Source: Dicyema japonicum
Lineage: Eukaryota; Animalia; Dicyemida
Length of the DNA stretch: 64,000 nt
Reading direction: 5' to 3'
NCBI GenBank assembly: GCA_011109175.1
Contig: RDEW01000045.1
Coordinates: 100,482-164,481 of the forward strand
A program made the translations under genes and the position numbers. The notes beneath the pieces are model-generated. The model was not told the DNA's origin. It did not search any database and was given only the letters and a program-made list of their open reading frames with translations. Positions 37,450 to 50,787 of this stretch are shown in pieces. Position 1 is the first letter of the stretch. Each line of letters opens with the position of its first letter.

Positions 37450-38250
37450 GTCTATTGGAAAGAAAAGATTATTTATTTGCTGACTATCTCATATGGATGT
37501 CATCTATTTCTTATCATATACTCTAGTCTTCGCTATAGCAGATTTAACGATGGACAAAGAGCAAGAGAACGATTCCACTTGAAATAGTTTTATCAATAAG
37601 TTTGTACAACAACCAATATTGACGGAAAAATTTTTTTCGCACCCAGTGGATAATCATGCTTGAGAATATAGCAAAAAGAGTAGTTTGAATTTTCCAATCT
37701 AAAAAACATCAATATGACTAACAAATGCACAATTAGCGACATATTCAGAATCATGTTAACCATATTTTACGTGAATCTCGGAAAAATGATGATGAACGAA
37801 GCTCTAGAAATGATGAAGTACCTCTCCTGCAAAAATATCAACGTAGCTTTTATAGAGGAAATACTTTGTTTTCGCACTCATGCGGCAGAAAAAAACTTAA
37901 GTTCCGATTAAAAGAATGAAACATCTAATATATCCAGGTTCAAATCCCTCTGCCCAAATTGGACGTGCTTTGAAGGTCATTTGTATAGGATAAGAGGGTT
38001 ATGTCACATTCAAACGATAAAACGTGCTGTGGGTAATGATGTCTTGTATACGTGAGGAATTGATCCTTGTCCATAGTAAGCATTTATGTATGACTTTTTG
38101 AGATAATCTATAATATGAGAGATTCATAAAAATTATTCATCTCCACGTGTCTTTTTCTAACTCACACAGAATATGGCCCATAGTGAGAATAATTCCATCC
38201 CTATATGGATGAATTGAAAATATTTTGCCTCCCCTTTGAAAACCAGCACG
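37450..38250 (+). pseudogene. Possible neprilysin (M13)-like remnant
   Basis: Weak motif resemblance only: DYLIW, ISDIFRIMLTIFYVNL..KNINVAFIEEIL, NNSI..NILPPL; stops throughout. Confidence 0.25.
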
Positions 38251-38254
38251 TCCA

Positions 38255-38385
38255 TAAATTTATTATAATATCCCCGTTTTTATGTTAAATTTTATTATGT
38301 TTTTATGTTTTTTTAAACGTATAAATTTATTATAATTTAAATATAAATTTATTATAATATTCCCGTTTTTATGTTAAAGTGAGTT
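38255..38385. repeat. Degenerate A/T-rich tandem repeat
   Basis: aaatttattataatat(c/t)cccgtttttatgttaaa occurs twice, with partial units between. Confidence 0.6.
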
Positions 38386-38599
38386 ATTATTACGGATGTG
38401 TATTTTCTGAACAACAGGATTATAAGATATATTACTAACAATCTTCACCTTACATTTTGTAGGTTGGAACAAAGGAGGCCTTTTCAAAGCGCGATAGCTA
38501 TCTTTAATAACCTGACCTCAATAATCCCCCAAAATATATTACTTCCATCATAAAAAAGGATCAAAAACCGAGACCACAGCTGAATACCTTAGATTACTT

Positions 38600-38940
38600 C
38601 TTTCTGATTTGTCAGAAGAAATAGAGCAGAAAGAAATCTTTCTACCAGGTAAGTAAATTTAATGTCTTCTCTTCCAAAGATACTAAAGTTAAAGAAATAC
38701 GCATTTCTTGGTGGACAGTCCATTTTCAAACCAGTGGCAATAGAAACGTCGTGAATTATAGGAAGCAGGTCACTGATCCTGCTAAACAGGATCGGTTCGC
38801 TCATCGCGAAGAGGAAGAATGATCGGAGAGAAAGTAGCTGACTCATTGAGCGTATTTCCTTGCAAATCGTCAGAGGAAATGCGTTCTTAATTATGAGAAC
38901 AGCCAGCAGTCGTTAACTGTTACTTTTTTGGCTAAATAAA
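38600..38940 (+). mobile_element. CRE-like 3' fragment
   Basis: KKYAFLGGQSIFKPVAIETS..ERISLQIVRGNAF; same subfamily as 27103-27377. Confidence 0.8.
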
Positions 38941-39869
38941 ATTCTCTTTGATTTCTTCAAATAAGACATACCAAGCAAAATAGTTAAATATGGTGGAGTT
39001 AGTATGTGGCCCTTTGTTACATGTCTAACACCTTACTGCTGCCCTATCCTCTTCGTTTTTTACAATATAGTAGTTGCATGTCCACTTTATCACATAATTT
39101 TGAATTTTTCACATAATTTTGAACCTATCAATTTTCATGCATCGCTTTCTCGTACGGTTTGTAACGCATACTGGGGTGTGATTCCAAATACGATTTAACT
39201 TCCCCCGATGGCGAGTCGATCCATGCAGCATGTGCGTAGTCGATGCTCAGTAAAGCGAATTGTCTGTATACAAGTTTTAACGACAAGGCGGAGGATAACA
39301 GTGAAGGCTAAAAAACCATCAGTATTCCCACCATATTTAGGTTCCTTTTTAAGACCACTAGATGTGTGGAGGTTAAGCACGGATAACTCAGGTGGGGTCA
39401 TTCACGTTGACTTCAGGCATTACAAACAAGTGAACATTATTCTTACTATATTATTCTCAGTGGTAGAAAACTCCTTGGAGAAGACCATATGTCTTCCTTA
39501 TATGAGAAAAGTTACAATGTTGAGGCACTTTCGCTACGCCATGGTCATGACAAAACATGTGCTACCCGACAAACTAACAGAAAAGTAATTCTCCTTTACT
39601 GTTCCTTTCATAAGTAAGGTCTAGTAGTCATAAATCATCCATTCTTAATCAAGAGCCTTCATTGATTTTCCTGTATATTTTTGTGAAAGTTTGAATGATA
39701 ACTTTAAACCTAAATAATATAATTAATGCGAGTCTCAGTTCAACTTTGATCATGTTTCCAGTCCATTCACACAATAAAAGGGGGAACGAGAGGTTGCATC
39801 AATTTAGAGGGAATGAAGACATTATGCGCAATAGTGGTACGTCACCACCCCAACCTCCCGACTGATCAG

Positions 39870-41220
39870 TTTCTCTTTACAAATCCAGATACAGAACATA
39901 GTCCCTTCAATCGAAGGAAACCGGTGGCTAACAAAACGTAACTACCAATGATGGACGTTTCCAGAGATCCAAAAGGTTGATCCCGAGACGGGAAGACATA
40001 TAACGCGTGCCAGGACACGAGAAAAAGGTGATCTGATCCGTGGTCATCAAGTGTACATAAATATTTATTTAAAACCAAGAATCACCGACAAAATAAAAGG
40101 GAATTGGTGGTCGTCAGGGGATCCCGACCTCCTTAAGCAGTCGTCTCATCTTTTCTCGATGTTCCTCCCAGAACCGACACACTTCCTGTATAAATGAGAC
40201 ACTTTTGGGAATTTTGGAAATTTCAATTGGACTCCCGTTCTCCTCACAAGTTCCTAGAAAGAATTAGCATTAGTGACGAGGAGTATCCCCTTGTGACTGT
40301 TTCTTGGAAGACGTTGATTTTCTTTAGGTTCGTATAAGACGAGGTTGTACCCCATGGCGCTTAGTCGTAGCCAATTATCGGTTGAATGTATTGAGTATAA
40401 TTTGGCTTAACGTTGAGTAGAAAGAGCCTTTGTAGTATCCAAGAAGTGTTTTTACAAAATTTAGTTTTCGTTGGGAGGAGGAGATGACGTCGCTGACATG
40501 TTACTAAAGTCATAATGGGTCTGTGATCCCCAGTATTTTGATAGAGTTGGTGGAGTGGATTGACATTCCATTAAGGATAAAAAAATGTGTAGAGTTTACT
40601 AGTCTCCTGTTTGAAGTAAAAAATAATTGTGCAAGACTTTCAGGACTTGTGTGTGTGAGACCCCATTTGGTAAAAATTTAGTGACAGAAAATGTGGAATG
40701 TGAAATTACTCGTCCTTTTCATCCGTTGAAGAAGTTTCCAAACCAAATTTCAAATTGTTGGTTGTTTAATACCACAAGATTATTCAACTTCAAAGTAAGT
40801 GAATTCCCCTGGGGTCTTCCAACTGGTTTTTGAACAAAATCGGATTCTTCGCGTTCAGGTCTCCACATAACAACGGTTATTGGTATAGTCGACAACTGGC
40901 AGTTAGAAACTGAATCTTTGAGGCAGGAACTGGCAGGGGGTACATGCATGTTCAATACGGTGAGGTATCCAACGAAAGAGGAAATGTACTTTTTCAGAAG
41001 ATTTCCTTCTTGATAAGTGTAATGACTCCACCACCTTGGACAGAAGGGCGGTCACGTCGAATAAAGTTGTAGCCTTGGAAGACTGGGGTGGGTGTGGAGG
41101 AATTTGGTTTTATATCTCCGGAGAGCATCAGTCAACCAAGTTGGGTGAGGCAGACCAGTAAGCCGGCCGTCCAGAAAGGACAACCTTTTTGGATTCCAAG
41201 AGCCAATTAACAAAATTCTT
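39870..41220 (-). mobile_element. Internally deleted APE-LINE plus an adjacent LINE tail
   Basis: APE start ILLIGSWNP, PVFQGYNFIRRDRPSVQGGGV; tail at 40072-40130; a second tail (ATGFLRLKGL) at 39870-40070. Confidence 0.7.
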
Positions 41221-41336
41221 AAAAAATGGATTTAATATAATACAAAATGGTCAAAACAATTACTAATTTGATATTTTTATTAAAAATTCAAATTTATTAA
41301 TAAATTAAATAAAAATTAAATTAAAAACAATAAAAT

Positions 41337-42299
41337 ATGCGATCCTTCTTAGTGTTCGCTGTAGAAAATAACCGCGTTTTAAGGCGATTTGTATCAAGAA
41401 ATAAACATGATAATAAGGTTAACGAATTCCACTAAAATAAAGGAAATGTTTGCAACCGAGGCTTGGAATCCCCAAAATGACAGCTGGAGTCAGTTCTGGC
41501 CAACTCCAATGACAGTATCTGATGCATTATCACTGAAAATAAGACAAGGTGTTCCTGATGTACACATATCTTAAATTACATTAGAAACACGGATTTGTCC
41601 CCGATTTCAGAAGTACAACAGAATTACTGAAGATTCCAAACTTTTTACACCTCACCCCCGATCATATCAAAATACAATGCTCAAAGTTGAAAGGTTGGAC
41701 CTCTCATGTTTATTAGGAACTGTGTACTCAGTTTCCTTCTGCCCTTAAGTCTAAAAACTCATTTAAGCACTTTCCAGTGACCACCAAATACAAAAATTAC
41801 GTTTTTAACTCGACTTCTTCTCGTCATGAAGGATCAAGGGAGGTTACCCTGGTCGTGTGGGAACCGTCCTTAAAGCTAAACAAGCGAAGTTTTGCTAAGC
41901 TGGAGCGTTTGTGTGAAAGCAAGTACAATAAGAAGTCGAAGACGATCACTCTTACGTCCGCAAAGTGTCCCACTAGGAAGCAGAACTATGAATATTTGAG
42001 ATATGTGCTTTCAGTGCTTTATTTGGAGTCCACTGTTTGGTTTGGGTTTATTTTAGAAAACCAACAAATGGGAGGAAGAAAAGACTGTCGAGGATGATGA
42101 GTGCTATGACTGGTCTAAGAGTTCTTCATCAGAGAATGTGGAGAAACACAAACGACTGGTCTCTACTGATGTTGAACAACACGTTGAAGAGTCCTATAGA
42201 TCGGCTGTTTCTCATTTGTTTAATTCGGGGGAGAACTCCAAATCATTGGTGGATTACAAGCACGCTGTTGAAAAGTTGTATGAATCCCTCAAACTTTAA
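41337..42299 (+). CDS. MRPS35: Mitochondrial ribosomal protein S35, multi-exon
   Basis: ELLKIPNFLHLTP; HFP; TITLTSAKCPTRKQNYEYLRYVLSVLYLES; TAA 42297-99; one frame slip near 41693-41717. Confidence 0.88.
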
Positions 42300-42449
42300 A
42301 GTATTTCTAACTTTATTAATAAATGTCAAATTGTCCCCTAAATTATTTGGTTTAGGCTTTTTCGTTAATAACCCCCCGATGTACCCGAAATGGAATTTAT
42401 CCAGTGCCCTCAGTCGGAGTGGGATAAATCCTTTCGAGTGTCATTTCTA

Positions 42450-42640
42450 AGTATCCACAATTAAGGGAACTCTAGAAATCCTTTTTGGATGCCGGCCAGG
42501 CATTGGCCGACTCCTGAGTTAGCTGGATCCATGACGGTTTAGGAATCGAAGAAGGCACAGGGCAGGACAGAGTCTTTCGACCGAGTAGGTAGTGGTGTAG
42601 TAATCGAACCCACAGCTACTCGAGCGACAGCACTAGTCAC
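42450..42640 (-). mobile_element. SINE family 2, well-preserved copy
   Basis: B-box-like ggttcgatt on the minus strand (about 42603-42611) followed by the family core. Confidence 0.65.
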
Positions 42641-42669
42641 TACTTTGGCCTATATCTACCAACTTGACT

Positions 42670-42945
42670 TTATTTTATCTTCAGACCCAGCATCACTAAC
42701 TTGTAGGAGGCCAGCAGCTGTTAAGTAGGACGCAGCAGATGTTGATTGCTCCCATAGATCGGTCAGACCCGGCATTGTAGAGGAACGTTGTGCCAATTCA
42801 TGACATCCAAATATATTATTTGTTGTCAACACGTGGTGGTTGCAAAAGGGACAGAGTATTTCGTATGTTGGTAGATAGGGGTGGTAGCCACATCGTAAAC
42901 GAGCCAGGTTTACTCGGACGTCCCTTAGAAGAGAGGATTATTAAC
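42670..42945 (-). mobile_element. LINE family C 3' fragment
   Basis: Inverted homolog of 23950-24200. Confidence 0.7.
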
Positions 42946-43139
42946 TAACTAACAAGAATGTCCTGGTGTTACTTAATTTGTTGCTCCTTCAGTAAATATC
43001 GCGACTCGGAAAGATCGGTTATTCATTTTATTAGCCTAAAATTTTTTTATCAAAATTATCCTAATAACGACATTTCGCCCTTATAAAATATGACTAAATT
43101 TATTTTTAATAAAATTTATTTTTTAAAAAAAAAGCAAAT

Positions 43140-43830
43140 CAACATCGTCTTGTTTGTTTGGTGTCAGCTTCAAGTGGAGGGAATGGAGCATGGCTTGGTG
43201 CAATACCCTGCCCAAACTTCGGGACTTTTTCGGACGACGATTCTTTGAGGATTGGAATCGGACAAAGACTACGACTAGACGTTTGCCAGGAGCACCGATG
43301 CGAAGGGATTGCATCCGCTGTCCTGCAGAAGAAGCGCCGGAAGAGGACCACGTCACGCTGCTCTGAACGATGTGATCGTCAGAGCTCTGATGGCTACAGG
43401 CTTCCAGCACAGCTTGAACCAGTGGGTCTCGATCGATGAGATGGAAAGAGACCTGACGGGATGACCTCTTTCCTTTTCACATCCGGAAGATCTTTGGTCT
43501 GGAACGCAACTTGTGTTGACACATTTTCAAGCACGAATCTTCACAAATCAGTTCAGTCACCTGGAACAGCTGCTTCGACCGCGGAAAACCTAAAAATCAA
43601 GAAATATTCTTGCTTCGAGGACCGCTACCGATTTACTTCTGTTGCGGGCGAGTCATCGGAGCCGTTGGTCCAATAACGGCTGAGTTTTTGCGCGAACTCG
43701 GAGGAATGCTTGCCAGAAAAAAAAGGGATCAACGAGAAGGGTTATGGCTGAGACAAAAAGATTGGAATGGCCATACTCCGAGTGAACTCGTTATCGATCC
43801 ACGCAGCCGGCTTCCTCAACTAACATTTGT
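43140..43830 (+). mobile_element. CRE-like RLE element, 5'-truncated
   Basis: GAWLGAIPCPNFGTFSDDDSLRIGIGQRL; [29 protein letters not shown]; AENLKIKKY. Confidence 0.85.
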
Positions 43831-44142
43831 TTTTTTTTGTTAAATAATTGTTATTTTAAAAAAAAATAAAATTTATGGAACTTTCTGTTCCATTGCACCC
43901 ACCTTTGAGCTAGAATTCCTGGGTCACTAGAAAATCGCATTTAGATACGCACCAAGAATATCCACGAGCGCTGTTGGCTATTTGAGCGAATCTCAGAGAA
44001 ATAGCCACGCAGTCAAGGTCTCAGTCGAGAACGCATTTCCTATGACGATTTACAAGGAAATAAATTAGCCAACTCCTTTCTCTTCTATCATTTTTTTTGT
44101 GGTGAGCGATCCGATTATTTTTAACAAGGTCAGTGATCTTTA

Positions 44143-45200
44143 TTATAGGGTTTTCCTATCACTAACGACACTTCGTCAATCATTAACGTCAGAAAAATTA
44201 ATTTTTACAACAATACTAGTTAAACAAAAAATTATTCATTCATTGATAATTTACCATTAACTGCTATCATAATGTATCCTATCATCCTTCTGAAATATCC
44301 TCCACAGTCTTCAGGGGTAATCAATTCGAAAGAAGATGAGATAAGATGTCTTAGCTGTAAATAGCACCCCCTCTCTTCATAGAATTCTTCCATTTTGAAA
44401 ACACATTCTCAATTGGATTATGGAATGGTGACTATGGAGAAAAATATAGTATATTGAGGTTGTGGATTGGACTACTTCGTTGAGTCCACTGTAATGGTGA
44501 ATCCTAGCATTGTCCATGACGAAGTAGGGATCCAAAATTCCTTTCGTTTCACAAACTCACTTAAGTTAAAACAAGAAATTTTTTAAGATTTCCTCATTAA
44601 CAGCACCATCAACAATAGAATGATAGACCATACCACGTGCAGTCATTGCGGGCCATTACTGAAATATTCCTACTGCGTACCTGTGGCACACTAATACACG
44701 CAGAAATACCTCTTTCAGATCTCCCAAAGCGGACGCGCTGGGAGACATAGTAACCTACTTGGTCTATAAAGACTATTCGGCTATCCCCAACGTCAACTAA
44801 AATTTCTTGGAAATTTGTCTCATATTCCAATCGTTTCTTAACGGTTCTGTCACAGTTTCTTCTCTCAAGAACAACGTTGAGAGTTTTCACTGTGTAGTGA
44901 AATTCTTGTACTTACGGATATCTTCATTTCCTCCACAGTTTATTTTCAACGCCCCCAAGGTCATTGTTGCATCTTCATCAACCCACTGTCGTATTAAATT
45001 TTCTGATCGGCAGTCAAGATTGTTCTATGATCTCCACCACGCTTGGAAGATTTAGTATTTCTATCCTTCAGATATTAAGAAACATTTGTACATGCAGTTG
45101 TACGAGGAAGACTTATTCTTAGCGTGGTTAATAACGAGTCGTTATTGATCGATTATTGTCGTTAATGATTGACGTCGTTATTGATAGGAAAACCCTATAA
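44143..45200 (-). mobile_element. Tc1/IS630-type DNA transposon, degenerate
   Basis: TIRs TTATAGGGTTTTCCTATCA(C/A)TAACGAC with TA flanks (44141-42, 45201-02); transposase IVFIDQVG, VPQVRSRNISV, YFVMDNARIHH. Confidence 0.88.
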
Positions 45201-47029
45201 TACAAAATAAATAGTTAATACAGTGGCCTGACTGACCTTATTTACCACTGTAACCGTTATGACATGCGACTTTTAACGATTTTTTAGATACCGCAAACTA
45301 CTGAGGTCTTCACCGTCCCTTAGTGCTTCGGACGATATCATACAAACACAATTTTTTATAGGCGATATGAAATGGTCCGACGCCACTCTAATAAAAAAGT
45401 ACCTCAAATATAGATGCTTCCGAAATAATTAATTTTTTCTAGTGCTTTGATTGAATTTTAGAGCTTTTTACCGATTAATTATTAGAAACTATGGTATTTT
45501 GAAAAAGAAAAAAAATCAAGTTAAAAAAATTATTTTGTTTAAAAAAATTTATTATAGGGACAATAGTCACTTATTTTACTCTTATTGTACTTTTTTGTAA
45601 ATTAAGAGATTTTTAATTTGAAGATGTAGAGGTCTTTAAATCCTCAGAGACAAATAATAAATAATGATTTTTCTCACTAAAATATCACAAGTCATCCAAA
45701 TATTTATGGGCGCAGTACATAAATCCCAAGTCAGACATAATTAACCTTCACGTTCTATTTCGTTATGTTGAGACAACTGGAGGAATGAGTGGGAAGTCGC
45801 TTCGTTTCCTAAAGAAACTTTGACGCTTGGGTATACTAAAAAGCCACGACGCACGTGAGACCTGCTGGCTTCTCCAATTGATATCTGTTGCAATCGTGAG
45901 AGGCAACGTCGATAATGTCGGCAGGACAAATCAGAACATTCGTTTTTACTTTTAGTAGTCGTTTTTGAAAATTACGACTTGCTTATATTTCTTAAGAAAT
46001 TTCTTCACAATTAAAGATATCTGTTTTGTAAAATTCAGCCAAATAGTAATCGTTTTTTTCTGAAAAAAATTCAAAAATTGTTTTTTAGAAACCAGAAGAT
46101 CAAGGCTAATTACAAAATCATAAATATCTATTAGCTCCTCCTTGAACAAAAATACTCAATGGCGGACTTAACATGTCAGGGAGTTTGAATGACCCATTAA
46201 TCAGAGGAGATCTGAACGACAAGCATGCCTGTTCACAGATGGAAGAGGAAATTTCCGTAATTTTCCCTTAATCTCCTTCACACTCAGTGTATAATAGAGA
46301 TTCCACCCTTTGGTTTACGTCTGTCAGAAACAAAAGTCCGAAAAGCCGATGCCAGGCCATAAATCCGTCGACAGGGTAGTGAGATGTTCCTCTGTTGGAA
46401 AGAAGCTAACGGTTTTCTTCCGCGATCCATCAAGTGCCCAAATTTCTCACCGTGAACCACACGACTCAATGGATGTGTGACTTACTCTTTGAGGAAGTAG
46501 ATTGCGGTATAAGGCCGTAAGAACCCGCATCCATTTAGTTCTCTGTATTTGGACATCTGGTGAACTTTAACTTTCGTGAGGAACCGGTCGTCTACATTAA
46601 CAGTTTATTCTGGAAGCAAGATCCCGGCTGTTCACATTGCCAACCGTTTATACCACTAGGCACGAACGATGGCTCTAGTCAAAAAAAGAAATCGTCTCAA
46701 AAAGAAGGGAGGACTCTCTTCGGAGAGAAGGTGCATCTAAAATCGTTGAGGGATGAAATAAAAGCCAATGAATTCAAAATACAGAAAACAAAATGGACGA
46801 AAATTCTGACTCAGTTTCAGAGGGTAATAGACAACTTGACGGGGACAGACATTTCCGTAATGGACTCTTTATCCCTAGTCGAATGGAGGAGTTTCTAAAA
46901 TGGTGGATATGATTTGATGTGATGCTAATGAGTGGTGAAAGGTCTCCCTGACACAAGGCAGTAAGCGAAGTTGTCATGTGGGTTATGTATGTAGCCGGTT
47001 ATCCCTCTTTGCTCAAACTTGTCAGTTTG

Positions 47030-47265
47030 TGTAAAAATGACTAGAGAAACCTGCGGAGGGCTTGTCGCAAGCTTCGATTATTTGACAAACGACGTAGTCT
47101 CTTCTGGGACCTCCACAGCCCGGATTTGTATACTTATTAAAGCTCAATGTTGTATGTATATATGTAAAGACCGACTGGTTCGAGCATGGAGGGGTGTCCG
47201 GCGGGGTCCAAAGCTCGCCTAACGATTTTGTTCAAGGCCATGTTTCTGGGATCTCTGGTATTAGT
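47030..47265 (-). mobile_element. CRE-like internal fragment
   Basis: Diverged direct copy of 47930-48010. Confidence 0.65.
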
Positions 47266-47538
47266 GCCCAGAAATGATTTAAGTGGAAATTTTTTTGAAA
47301 TTAGCATTGAAGGTCAGGCCACTTACAGAAATTAAAATTTTTCATATCTGGTGTACTCACTTTTTCGAAAATCTGCTTCATTCACTTTTCGGAAATTTAA
47401 TTAGTATAGACACTTACAGGATGATATTGATCGATATTTTCAAAAACTCAAATTTTTTATATCTGGTTAACTCACTTTTTTGGCAATGTTTTTATTTGTT
47501 AAAACAGTTTTTATTAAGGAAAGAAAGAGAGTGAACGG

Positions 47539-48470
47539 TTATATAGCGGCTGCTCTGACTGCGTGGCTATTTCCTTTCAGGATGGCGAGTGAGATTCGCT
47601 CAAATAACCAGCAGCGCTCACGAGGGTCGCCTGTTCGTGTACCGATCAGATTCCCTAGACGACTCAAGAATTCTAGCGTCGCAGGCGCAAGGGAAACATA
47701 CGTCTCAACGGCGAGTGGAACAAACAAAAAATCCTTGGGTAGGATCGCGTACTTTTCCCGTTTCATTTCCTCGCCTTATCAGCGGCAGAACAAGCTCTAG
47801 AGGCACTCTGGAGTAGGCTGCAAGAGGCAAACGTGTCGGTGCAGGTAACGTCCCAGACAAGAAGTTTTCCGACTTCAAAAGGGAAGATTGTCATCCCATA
47901 TGGTCGTTTCCCGTCCCGCCTGCAAAGACCGACTGGTTTGAGCATGGAAGGGTGTCCGGGGACCTCTAAAGCTCACCTAACGATTTCGTTCAAGGACATG
48001 TTTCTGGGAAATCTGCCTGCACTCTTCCTGCAGAAGAGAGGGTGTAGGCCAAAACATTCGATTTTGTCTCTGCATCTGCACGGATTGGAACACAGACTTT
48101 TAATCCCAGTCGCAATGAGATCTCAATACGGACGCATTCATCATCCAGGAAGGTACCCAGAACTCCATTGGGAATGGCGTTGAGCCATGCACCGCTCTTG
48201 GAAGCCGCCCCCGACAACAAACAGGCACGGCGATGTTGGCTAAATGACACTAGCAAATCTTTGAGAGAATTCCAGCATATATCATTGTTCAAGCCCCGCT
48301 GAGAGAACGAGGAAGGCAGGGAAAGCTGATAAGTGAGGCTCCAGACCTCACGAGCATGGCCGACGTCCTTGTCAATAGAGAATTCAGGTAGAGAGTGTAA
48401 AATCCTCTTGACATGGGAGTTACAGGCCACTAGCGATGATAGGTATTTTTTGGCCAAGGATCCCTGACGT
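47539..48470 (-). mobile_element. CRE-like RLE element, 3' third
   Basis: KSGAWLNAIPNGVLGTFLDDECVRI; DGKRPYGMTIFPFEVGKLLVWDVTCTDTFA; LFERISLAILKGNS. Confidence 0.88.
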
Positions 48471-48479
48471 CTAACATCA

Positions 48480-50250
48480 AATGGAACAAATTAGTGATCA
48501 TCAAAATACTTCGATACTTCTTTCTCTTCTGGTCCTCAGCTTGTTTAGAAGCATGACATGAATTCGAGACTGAAGTGGCCAAATTCGTAGACTATGTATC
48601 AACACATGTAGCGTCCTAAATCAGGTTCCGACCATTAACCAAAGGGAATGTTGTCTTCCCGTCGGGGTGTTTGGAATCGTCTCGGATGAGACTATTGGCT
48701 CTAAATGCAGTGGTGGCCAGCAAGGAAAGTGTGTTTTTCAATCTCACATTGAGACAGGGATGCCCAGGGAAACGACAGTGGATGGTAGCCATAAGGATCG
48801 ATCAAACGTCCACAACGACACTGAATGCCATCAAATGCCTTCTAGATATCAAGACAAGTTTATTTGCCTTTTGGAATCCCCTGCTTTCATGATGTCAGAA
48901 TTCAGTGTAAAGAAACAGTCTGCACAGCCTCTTCCAGGAAAAATCAGAAAGTCATTCTCCTCTATATGTCTACTTAGCCTTTTGAAAGCATTTCCTTAAA
49001 GAGTGATTTTTACATCAATTACTGCAGCTTCAGTCTTCCACATACTGTTGATTGCCTTCATGATCATCGTGATTCTAGCATATACGATTCCCCGTCTATT
49101 TTGTCGACACAACGCCTCAGCTTCTTTGTTGAAAACTCGGTAAAACACATAAATTATTCGACATGAAAACCCTACAGTGGGCCTAATGCACACGAGATAT
49201 GTTGAACCTTAAGAAAACATCTTCCATGATATCCAGCCTCATGCTAATAACTAGTTCTTGTGGAATATGGTCGCTCCCGATATCTCATAGCATTTAGGGC
49301 TTCCCCACAAAGACAAATAGGGGTGACGGAACTAGGAATACACCCAGTTTGTTAGCAGTATTATAAGAAAAATGATTTGGGTCGTCCAACGTAAGGATCA
49401 CAAAGCCACGTGATTCAGACAATAATTCTAAACGGCGTCCATACTGATTTGTCTTATAGCAGCCATAACTAGTATTCTTAGAATTAGATCGCCAACTAAA
49501 ACGGCATAGAGATTCTTGTTGTAGAACTCAGAGATCTCTGTAGAACATGAGTAGTGCTAAGTTATTATGCATTTTCCCTAGGGATCGGGCATTCACTAGC
49601 ACTATTTTTAGGCCTCCCTACGAGCATTTGGGTGACCTTACTTTTTCAAAGTCAAGGTCACCATCTCCGGCCTTTTTAGAGATTGGACATTCACCATATT
49701 TTGTAAAATCCGCGGTCGAGACATAATTGATGCAATTCATTCTGGTCCCAGATGTCTCGCAACATTCAGTCAGGTCGTGCTTTTCTGCACACCAGAGAAA
49801 TCTCCTTTTTACAGGAAGAGGCTATATGTCCCTGTAGATTGCATTTGAAACATCTCAGGGGAGGTCTTCTTGTCCATCCGCACAAGATTGTTTCCCGCCA
49901 AATGTGAAAACCAAAACGAATAAGCGACGTCGCTTCCGATCTGGAACCGATAAATTCTCTGGCGATTGGGAACCACGGCACTCAGTAGAACCACGACATT
50001 TCTCGCCAGAAGGAGCCACATCTCGGACAAAATCCAGATCTTCTTTTTAAACACAGTAAAACAGGTCCTTTAAGATAATTTGGGAAGTCTTCTCATACAC
50101 ATCCATAATTTTGTGGTTTCAAACGCAAAAAGGGGAAGCGAATTTTTGAGTTTTTCTTTTTTACTTGTCACTGCTTTTCCAACTTTCTTTTGCTTAAATT
50201 TTTGCACACATCACACAACTGTTATCCACGTTTTTTTTCTTTTAATGTCG
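48480..50250 (-). mobile_element. Degenerate two-ORF LINE with gag-like ORF1
   Basis: CCHC knuckle CFKCNLQGHIASSC (49766-49981), followed by RT-like KRLSRHIEENDFL. Confidence 0.6.
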
Positions 50251-50388
50251 GTCAACCATTGGGCGTCACCTGAGTAAAGTAAATCCAATGACGCCAGCAG
50301 AGAGGAAGAGAACTCCTCTATCAATTAGCCACATGGAACCACCTGGCCGTAGAATTATTACATAATTTCTATCTAACCAACGAAAAAG

Positions 50389-50752
50389 TTAATATTTAAC
50401 AATCAGCAACCTTCCTCGCCTGCTGTTCGCCAGCCTGAACGTCTTGTCCAATTGAGCCCTCTGCCCATGTGACATCTCCGGGCTTTGCCGCCTATACTCT
50501 GCGTCAGGCTCCAGGGTTCGCTTTAAAACAGTGGACTGTAGGTATGACTGGTGCTCCCTATCCACCCCTAACTGTTTTAGATAAACTCGTGGTACTTTGG
50601 TGCAATTCCTTTCCACGTCATTACAATTGGAATTACAAAAACCTTGAAACCCCATCTCGTTTGCAAGCAAGTATTACTTCCTTTTTTCTCCATCTCCAAC
50701 TGCAAACGGTCTTGGGACGTAATGCCAACTCCTTTGATAATGACTTGGCCAG
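50389..50752 (-). mobile_element. NeSL-like RLE 3' fragment
   Basis: IIKGVGITSQDRLQLEMEK..YLLANEMG..YLQSTVLKRTLE; homologous to 25345-25647. Confidence 0.75.
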
Positions 50753-50787
50753 ATAAATATTATAAATAAATTTTTTTTCAAATATTA

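Noticed and set aside
37950-38260. MITE bounded by ggacgtgct inverted repeats
   Set aside because: Only about 9-14 bp of match, no TSD, and no second copy in the window.
38920-38940. U2 snRNA target (ttttggctaa) of Utopia-type elements
   Set aside because: A 10-nt match inside a CRE 3' UTR, with no other U2 sequence.
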